Source: Planctomycetota bacterium (GTDB lineage Bacteria; Planctomycetota; PLA2; JAEUHO01). From it: 64,000 nt of DNA. The notes beneath the pieces were generated by a model. That model ran no database searches. It saw nothing but the letters and a program-made list of their open reading frames with translations, and was not told where the DNA came from. The position numbers and the translations under genes were made by a program. Where the stretch lies: the NCBI GenBank assembly GCA_965222115.1, contig CBDCTJ010000007.1:768001-832000 (forward strand), given 5' to 3'. Below, one piece after another: positions 57,684 to 64,000 of this stretch (position 1 is its first letter; each line of letters starts with the position of its first letter).

Positions 57684-58482
57684 CACCGCCTATTTTCATC
57701 TAGCGCACGTTAGCGCAGGCATCGCCGTGCTTGCGCTCCTTGCGGGGTGTCACTCCCGCATTTCCGAAGAACTCACCGTTGTGCGTGCCCGCGACGTGAG
57801 GATCAAAGCCGAGCGCGCACCTCAAGACGAAAACGACAACGTACTCTCCGTGTCGGATCTGTGGTCATTCGTTCCTGCGGACATGGATGAGGGGACCGCG
57901 CCAGACGACGTTGAAGCGCGGGCAAGTCGATCGGCACTTGCGCGCGTGGCACGCAGGCGATCAACGCCAACGCGCGAAACGCACAAGGCACGGTCAACTG
58001 AGTCGAGGCTCGCGCGTAGCCGTTCGTCTCGGCAAGCTGCGCCGCGCACCGTGCGCCGGTCATCGTTGCCGCCACCCAAGCGACGTGCCGCAACCCCGCG
58101 TCGTGCATCCGGCAAACCCGCAACGAAGTCTGCCGCTCGACTGGCACGTGAGCACTTTCTCGATTACCCAACCACGATCAAGGCCACGCGCATCACGCTT
58201 TATTGCCCCCCGGCGTATGCCCATGAAGCCACGCTTCGTGGTGACGAGCGACCGCGAATCGCGGGCAAGCGCATTGTTACCGGTGACGCAGAACTTCGCT
58301 GCCGCGAGCTCACGTTGAAGGCGCGACGCATTGCATTGATCGTTCGTGAAGACGAACCCGACTTACAAATCGCGGCGCGCGGCGACGTCCACTTTGTGAG
58401 TCAAGTCGGTGGTCAGATGGTGCGTGAGAACGGAATCCGTAGCCTGCTGATTACCAACGACAAGATGACGCCACTCCGTTAG
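57676..58482 (+). CDS. Lipoprotein with a C-terminal beta-rich (LptA/OstA-like) domain
   Basis: Lipobox LAGC; Arg/Ser-rich linker; IKATRI, VTGDAEL, LTLKARRI, ARGDVHF strands. Confidence 0.6.
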   Translation: MNSTAYFHLAHVSAGIAVLALLAGCHSRISEELTVVRARDVRIKAERAPQDENDNVLSVSDLWSFVPADMDEGTAPDDVEARASRSALARVARRRSTPTRETHKARSTESRLARSRSSRQAAPRTVRRSSLPPPKRRAATPRRASGKPATKSAARLAREHFLDYPTTIKATRITLYCPPAYAHEATLRGDERPRIAGKRIVTGDAELRCRELTLKARRIALIVREDEPDLQIAARGDVHFVSQVGGQMVRENGIRSLLITNDKMTPLR

Positions 58483-58518
58483 CGTTGTGCGGTAACCCAG
58501 CAAGCGTTTCCGGAAAGT

Positions 58519-59331
58519 CTATTGCCGTCGGCGCCTGGCCTTGGCGGCAAGAAAGCGTTCCACACGAGGTTCGAGGGCCTCAAAGGCATTCAGCATGGCC
58601 GAGGCGTCGGCGAAGCGCTTCTTGTAGTCCTGCGAAAGCCCCCGGCGCAGGAAATCGACGAACTCGCGTGGCACATTGCGCCGAAGCCGTTGGATGCCCT
58701 CCGGCGGCCAACGATACGGCCATTCTGGGAGTGTTCCTGCCAACATGCGGTAGAAGATCAGTGCCACGGAAAACACATCCGAGCGAAACGACGGTTTGCC
58801 CATGGCCTGTTCGGGCGCCATAAAGCCAAGGGTGCCCGACCCTGACGCACGCACGGTACGCGCTGCTTGCCGGGCAATACCAAAGTCGGCCAAGCACGCC
58901 ACGTTGTCGGGAAACATGATGATGTTCTCGGGCTTGATATCGAGGTGCAGGATGCTGCGCACGTGTGCGAAATCAAGCGCGTCGAGAATCTGCCTTCCGA
59001 TGGCCATCGCTGTACTGACCGCCATGCGACGCGCGACGCGCTCGGCGAGGCTTTCGATGCCTAGTGGATAGGCAATCACGAGTGTGTTGTCGATGTAGTC
59101 CGCGCACTTTACTTGCAAGATGTTGGGATGCTTGAGCTTGGCATTGAGGCGCACTTCACGCAGCAACATGTCCGAGAAGTTGTCGCTGCGCGTGTCGTCC
59201 AACGCCACCTTGAGCGCGACTTGCACCTGCTCAATCGTGTCAAACGCCTCGTAGATCTGCGCACATCCGCCCGTCTGCAGATGCCGAATCACGCGGTACT
59301 TTCCAAGCCGTGTGCGCGCACGCAGTTTCAT
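58519..59331 (-). CDS. Hanks-type Ser/Thr protein kinase
   Basis: VALK, HLDIKPEN, DFG, GTLGFMAPEQ, SDVFS. Confidence 0.93.
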   Translation of the reverse strand: MKLRARTRLGKYRVIRHLQTGGCAQIYEAFDTIEQVQVALKVALDDTRSDNFSDMLLREVRLNAKLKHPNILQVKCADYIDNTLVIAYPLGIESLAERVARRMAVSTAMAIGRQILDALDFAHVRSILHLDIKPENIIMFPDNVACLADFGIARQAARTVRASGSGTLGFMAPEQAMGKPSFRSDVFSVALIFYRMLAGTLPEWPYRWPPEGIQRLRRNVPREFVDFLRRGLSQDYKKRFADASAMLNAFEALEPRVERFLAAKARRRRQ

Positions 59332-59385
59332 CAATGGGTCCTCGCCAACCCCCATTCTATCCGATCACGCGTAGCGCTCTCCTTC

Positions 59386-59422
59386 GTACATACCCTCCGG
59401 TGTCAGGTACGCAGATGTACCC
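59386..59422 (+). repeat. Degenerate REP-like unit
   Basis: GTACATACCCTCCGGTGTCAGGTACGCAGATGTACCC resembles 59632-59670. Confidence 0.5.
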
Positions 59423-59631
59423 CTAAGCCGCGTCACGGCGCAGCGTCTCCGAATTCACGTGGGCGCGCCCAAGATCAAGAAGTGGGCCGCTCCTCCGTAG
59501 TGGGAAGTCCCACTGCGGGCTCATACGTCCCAGTTGTGTCCTATAAAAGGGCCAACAAAATGAAGGAGCGAACCCGAGGCAAGGCTCGCCGAAACAGTCC
59601 GAAAGTCAATCCTGGAGCCAACATCCCCCTT

Positions 59632-59670
59632 TGTACATACCCCTCCGTGCCAGGCACACCGATGTACGTA
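59632..59670 (+). repeat. REP-like unit
   Basis: TGTACATACCCCTCCGTGCCAGGCACA matches the reverse complement of 24751-24777 at 25/27. Confidence 0.65.
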
Positions 59671-59706
59671 CGCACGCGTGCCTAGCACGCAACTGCACTA
59701 CTTGAC

Positions 59707-59826
59707 ATGCCAGTAGCTCAGTTGTCGCGACACATGAAGGCATGCATCAGCTTCCCAAGCTCACCCTCGTGCGCCGCCAGGCGCTAGAGCAGATAGACAC
59801 GAGTCGGTTCGAATCCGATCAGGCAC
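59707..59826 (+). other. Expanded/interrupted copy of tRNA-Gly(CCC)
   Basis: Three collinear blocks (16/18, 18/18, 24/24 identity) separated by 19- and 41-nt inserts. Confidence 0.75.
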
Positions 59827-59902
59827 GCGCGAAATGGTTCACGATCATCTCACCGACCCCGACTTGACACGCTGCCGAGATCGATCTCAATGGACCGAGC
59901 CC

Positions 59903-59978
59903 GTGCCTGTAGCTCAGTTGGTAGAGCATCAGCTTCCCAAGCTGAATGTCGTCGGTTCGAATCCGATCAGGCACTCCA
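59903..59978 (+). tRNA. tRNA-Gly(CCC)
   Basis: GTGCCTG/CAGGCAC acceptor stem, TCAGC-TTCCCAA-GCTGA anticodon arm, GGTTCGAATCC, U73, CCA. Confidence 0.93.
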
Positions 59979-59979
59979 T

Positions 59980-60027
59980 CTAGTATGAATGCAGGCTAGT
60001 ATGAATGCAGGCTAGTATGAATGCAGG
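59980..60027 (+). repeat. 3 x 16-bp perfect tandem repeat CTAGTATGAATGCAGG
   Basis: Direct inspection; begins 2 nt after the tRNA CCA. Confidence 0.95.
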
Positions 60028-60080
60028 TTCGCTCGTGCTTGACTGATAGGAGGCAACCTACACGGCTGGAGCCTGATTGC

Positions 60081-60830
60081 TCAGGCTGGAATGTGGCCTC
60101 TCAAAGCTGTACTCGTTTCTTCGGCGTGGATTGCGCTGCGCGCCCCCTTAAGCGTCTCAAACCAGTTAGCGTTTGAACACTCGTCGCGTAGCTTCCCGTT
60201 GAACGATTCGATGAAGCAGTTGTCCACGGGCTTGCCGGATCGAATGTAGTCAATCTTGATTTCGTGGCGATATGCCCATACATCGAACACGTTCGATGTG
60301 AACTCGGTATCTGTTGTCCACCTGCACGACTCGCGGAACACCGCGCTTCGCGATGATAGCATCCAGCGTGGCCGTCACGATTCGTGCAGGGATCGTCCGT
60401 GACACCTGCAAGGCCAGGCATTCCCGTGAGAAAGTGTCTAGAACGGTAAGTATCCGGGAACATCCGTCTACAAGTTGGTCCGACACGAAGTTCCTGATCC
60501 TGCGCTCGGTCATCCGGCTGGGTGCTATGGGTTTGATGCGACTGCGGCTTACAAGATTTTTTCACCGTTTGACGCGCACTTTTAGATTCTCTCCGCAATA
60601 AATTTGATACACACACTTGTGGTTTACGCACCATCCTTCTCGACGTAGCGATATGAATAAACGTCGGTATCCGTATCCTGGTCTGGATGCAACCAGCTCT
60701 TTCAAGCGCTGCCGCAAGGCACGCTGAGGGCCACGCCTGCTTCGATACCGAATCGGGTTTCTCGAAAACCCTGTGCCTCGATAAGCACGTCGTTCGCTTA
60801 CGCGAATTTGGCTCTACGGCTCTTTGTGTG
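60081..60830 (-). pseudogene. Decayed IS3-family (IS407-like) transposase OrfB
   Basis: Fragments in several frames: VSERRA, GYGYRRL...REGW.VNHK, RILTVLDTFSRECLA, VDN, EFTS, GKPVDNCFIESFNGKLRDEC; boundaries approximate. Confidence 0.88.
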
Positions 60831-61104
60831 GGTCGTACATTTGCGATTTCTTGTCCTGCCGCCCCTAAAAGGGCGCGGACGGCAGGAAAAGAAATGAAGT
60901 TTGTTAGAACAGGCTGTCACAAGCTAGCGGGGTCGTGTGATCCCAGTTACCGAGCCGTTCAAGGGCGCCATTCTTCGTATTAGTGGCGTGTAGTTGCCGC
61001 ATCGGATTCAATCCGGTACTTCCGTGACCCACATGAAGAGCAGGAGACCCGTAATTTCTGATGTTTTTCGAATGTGCGAAGAGCGTACTTGGATTTAGCA
61101 CTGC

Positions 61105-62895
61105 CTATTCAAGAGTCAATCTCAACTCCTCCGCACTCCGCGGAACTTTCATTCTCGAAGCCTGAGTCATCTTCCCGCGAAACGCCCAAACGTATAAAGT
61201 TTTGGTTGAACTGCGTACCACCCACGTAGCGAACTTCCCATACTGATCAGTCCTTGCCCTCATGAGTACATCTCCCGCTTCCGATGTGAACACAATGTTC
61301 GCATGTGCGACAGGTCCAGATGAACCGACGACGGATCCGCGCAACCTTCTCATGGCGTCACACTTGACCGTACACAGCGTCTCGTTAGGACCTACTATCC
61401 TCGTCACCTTGCGCGCGCGAATAGGTGAGCGAGTGCGAACGCTGTAGATCCAATCTGCTGGCCGCCATACTTTTATCGGTAGGTCTTGAATGAGCATAGT
61501 GCGACTCAAGAGTCGGCTATTCGCGAAGCGGGCCGGGCGGTGAGGCCTGAACGCTACTTCTACTGCACCTCTGGGCTCATCAGGAGCTGAATCGGGGCGA
61601 AATGTGAGCGGAACAGCTCTACCGGAATCTGCAGATAACTCGCCAAGAGTCAGCGAACCGGGGCATTCAGCGACAGCGAAAATCCGGAATGCGACGAGCC
61701 CCGAATCATCTTCGAAGCGAAGTACGAGTGTGGAACCCTTGTCGAGCCCATGAACTCGCATGTGCCCTCCCGGGGAAATGACTGATTCCCCGAGGATCAC
61801 AGACTGACTACCGGGATTCCCCAGCACTTCCCAGGCGACTCGCTTGCGCCCGGTATCACTAGACACCAAGATCTCCATCGATCTCTCACGTCTTAGCTCG
61901 ATCGTTAACTCGTCTTTCCCCTCTCGTTCTTCGGCACGCTTGGATCCGAAGCCCGGTGCGCTAGCACTCACATATGTCGAACCGATTCGATCCTCAATCT
62001 GGATTTCTGCGATGCCGTGCGCATCGGCAACTGCATCCGACCATTCACGGCTCATGGTGTGGCGAATTCGCAAGCGTGCGCCTCCAATCGCTTGACCGCC
62101 TTCTTCGACCACGCGGATTCTCAAAGACCGAGCAGCGTAGAGACGCACGGTTATATCTCTCTGGACTAAGGGGTTAACTAGCCTAAACGCTGACTTGTAG
62201 TCGGGCGCATCCACATGGATCCTCACGTATGCTGGTGGTAGATTCCTCAGCCATACGGTTCCGTCTCCGTTGGCCGCCGCGCGCACCGCATTCCTCGACT
62301 CTCCCGTATGCCCACCGGGCGCCCAGGACACTGTAGCCCCTGCGATGGACTGATCGTCCTCGTCAGCAACGCGGATCTTCATACCTAGTGTGCAGGGTGC
62401 GAGGGATATCTCCAAGTTGCCAGCATGTGAGTTCAATGTACGTTGAGCGCGCCACACATCATCGCCAACCCTGTGCACCGCAGTGAGCGTGTAGAGTCCA
62501 CCACGATCAAGCCTCATGCTGAATCGGCCATCGGAATCGCACAGAGTCGTAATTTCGGATCGATCTGCTCTCAATGAGTCAAATGCGGCTACGGCACAAC
62601 CGACGGCCGGTGCATCATCGGCGCCATACACTATTAGGCCGGACAGAAGATTCACTGGAGCAGGCGGATTAGTCGGTTGCGCATCGGGCACCCGATCATC
62701 AACGGCGATCTCCTCAGATGAGGCCAGTCCTTCTAACTTCGGAAAGTCGCCTTCTGTGTCTGCAGGTTCGGTCGCCTTTGGCTCGATCCGATCGTTGAGC
62801 CGGACCTTGCCGATTCGCTCACTAAGATACGAGCCAAGTACAATGACCAGTATCAGGCACACTACTCCAACCAAAACCTGTCGAGGCCGTTCCAA
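61105..62895 (-). CDS. Membrane-anchored protein with repeated carboxypeptidase-regulatory-like (transthyretin-fold) domains
   Basis: N-terminal TM; repeats such as IRVADEDDQSIAGATV, DSDGRF, TDQYGKF, ASAPGF. Confidence 0.75.
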   Translation of the reverse strand: MERPRQVLVGVVCLILVIVLGSYLSERIGKVRLNDRIEPKATEPADTEGDFPKLEGLASSEEIAVDDRVPDAQPTNPPAPVNLLSGLIVYGADDAPAVGCAVAAFDSLRADRSEITTLCDSDGRFSMRLDRGGLYTLTAVHRVGDDVWRAQRTLNSHAGNLEISLAPCTLGMKIRVADEDDQSIAGATVSWAPGGHTGESRNAVRAAANGDGTVWLRNLPPAYVRIHVDAPDYKSAFRLVNPLVQRDITVRLYAARSLRIRVVEEGGQAIGGARLRIRHTMSREWSDAVADAHGIAEIQIEDRIGSTYVSASAPGFGSKRAEEREGKDELTIELRRERSMEILVSSDTGRKRVAWEVLGNPGSQSVILGESVISPGGHMRVHGLDKGSTLVLRFEDDSGLVAFRIFAVAECPGSLTLGELSADSGRAVPLTFRPDSAPDEPRGAVEVAFRPHRPARFANSRLLSRTMLIQDLPIKVWRPADWIYSVRTRSPIRARKVTRIVGPNETLCTVKCDAMRRLRGSVVGSSGPVAHANIVFTSEAGDVLMRARTDQYGKFATWVVRSSTKTLYVWAFRGKMTQASRMKVPRSAEELRLTLE

Positions 62896-63057
62896 GAAGG
62901 ACTCCCTTTACGGTATACGGACTGAGATTCCAAGGTCAGCCCAAGTTGAACGCACAGCGTCAGCGGTGGCAGAGCGCACATCTCAATCGTACTGAGGATT
63001 GCGGGGGAGGAAGGATTACTTCGCGAATTCAATCTACGAGAGCGTCTCGTAGGCATC

Positions 63058-63999
63058 TCATTCTCCGAGCTGCATCAAACGTAAAGTGGGAAGTCCTGAA
63101 ACCGCGATCAGAAGTGGTCGCACAACAGTTCGGAGAGATTTGACTTCAGAACTACCCGCACGAAAGGTGCGATCCCCATTTCGAACCAGCAACTCCTGCG
63201 TATATCCCGACTCAAGAACTACTGCTGGCCAGACACTATTTTCAGATTTGCGGTCCACAACGATCGTCACGTACGCCTCCAGACCCCTGCCGTCGAGTTC
63301 AGCTGAAATCCTAATTCGATGCAGTCGTCGCCCGGCAGGAGCGTCCGGAGCAGAAATCCTGACTTGGTATCTACTCTCCTTGATTTTGCTGTCCGCGTCG
63401 CCATTGTCTATTGGCTTGATGACAGTGAACGGGTCTCCGTGAATCCCCTTGATAGAGATTGAGCGTTCTGCAAAGATCGAGAATTCGACTGTGCTGACTT
63501 CGCCATCCTCATGTTCAATTACGCGTAGATGATCCGGGCGGACCATGAGTGGCATGCGTACTCTTCCTCGTAGCCGGACGATTGCCTCAACTCGACCCGC
63601 GCCTAGATTTACCCCTCGGATGACGTATGCAATGCGCCGACTTGTCCTGGAAACGTCAACCGTCACACTCAGGTTCATAAGTTCACCTGGCGTGAACTTT
63701 CCCACGGGCTGCGAAGTCTCTACGCAACCACAGCTTGCCACCCAACGATCAATTCTGAGGGTGCGGCCGGTGTCGTTTGTGACGCTGAAGGCCTTCTTGA
63801 GCACTGTCGGGACTGTATCGACAGTGCCGAAGTCGACATCTCGTATCGCCGGACGTATCTCCCCATTGCCGCCTGAACTTTCTAGCTCCGGGCCCTCGCC
63901 GCATGCAGCGAGTGAAGCCAGGCACATCCCACTCGCGAATGCGACGCGTCTCAGTGATCTTGAGGCCAAGCAGCACAATATGATAAGCATGCACAACAC
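63058..63999 (-). CDS. DUF1573-domain putative lipoprotein (5' end may lie outside window)
   Basis: DFGTV...FSVTNDTGRTLRI...ASCGC signature; LAAC lipobox-like motif. Confidence 0.8.
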   Translation of the reverse strand: MLCMLIILCCLASRSLRRVAFASGMCLASLAACGEGPELESSGGNGEIRPAIRDVDFGTVDTVPTVLKKAFSVTNDTGRTLRIDRWVASCGCVETSQPVGKFTPGELMNLSVTVDVSRTSRRIAYVIRGVNLGAGRVEAIVRLRGRVRMPLMVRPDHLRVIEHEDGEVSTVEFSIFAERSISIKGIHGDPFTVIKPIDNGDADSKIKESRYQVRISAPDAPAGRRLHRIRISAELDGRGLEAYVTIVVDRKSENSVWPAVVLESGYTQELLVRNGDRTFRAGSSEVKSLRTVVRPLLIAVSGLPTLRLMQLGE

Positions 64000-64000
64000 G

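Noticed and set aside
56325-57686. 453-aa - strand ORF
   Set aside because: Antisense to the clear secretin gene; typical high-GC shadow ORF
59980-60027. Tandem 16-mers as a CRISPR array
   Set aside because: No spacers; units are contiguous and too short

Overview
A GC-rich bacterial chromosomal window. HEAT-vWA, DUF1573, DUF1579 and CxTPWDYCC lipoprotein genes suggest a Planctomycetota-like host (inference). In order it holds: a His-rich Czc/Cus-type RND metal-efflux cluster (- strand); a divergent TolC/MFP/ABC (MacB/FtsX-type) exporter operon ending in a Cys-rich lipoprotein; a 3.9-kb cargo-carrying IS1595-family element (Panacea antitoxin plus PemK/MazF-like gene) inserted into the centre of a short palindrome; a class II photolyase after a complete Rrf2-sufBCDSUT operon; a MenAT1-like toxin-antitoxin pair whose antitoxin is fused to an RHH domain; truB, tRNA-Ser, a DEAD-box helicase, pepP, trxA and an acyl-CoA ligase; an unusual PadR-like/HAAS-like/signal peptidase I fusion directly upstream of an ECF sigma/anti-sigma cluster; a c-di-GMP-I riboswitch upstream of a FliA/WhiG sigma factor; an orphan secretin and a Ser/Thr kinase; tRNA-Gly(CCC) preceded by an expanded, interrupted copy of itself; and the start of a more AT-rich island with a decayed IS3. 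All family calls come from motif recognition by eye; no searches were run. Several homopolymer frameshifts suggest sequencing indels.
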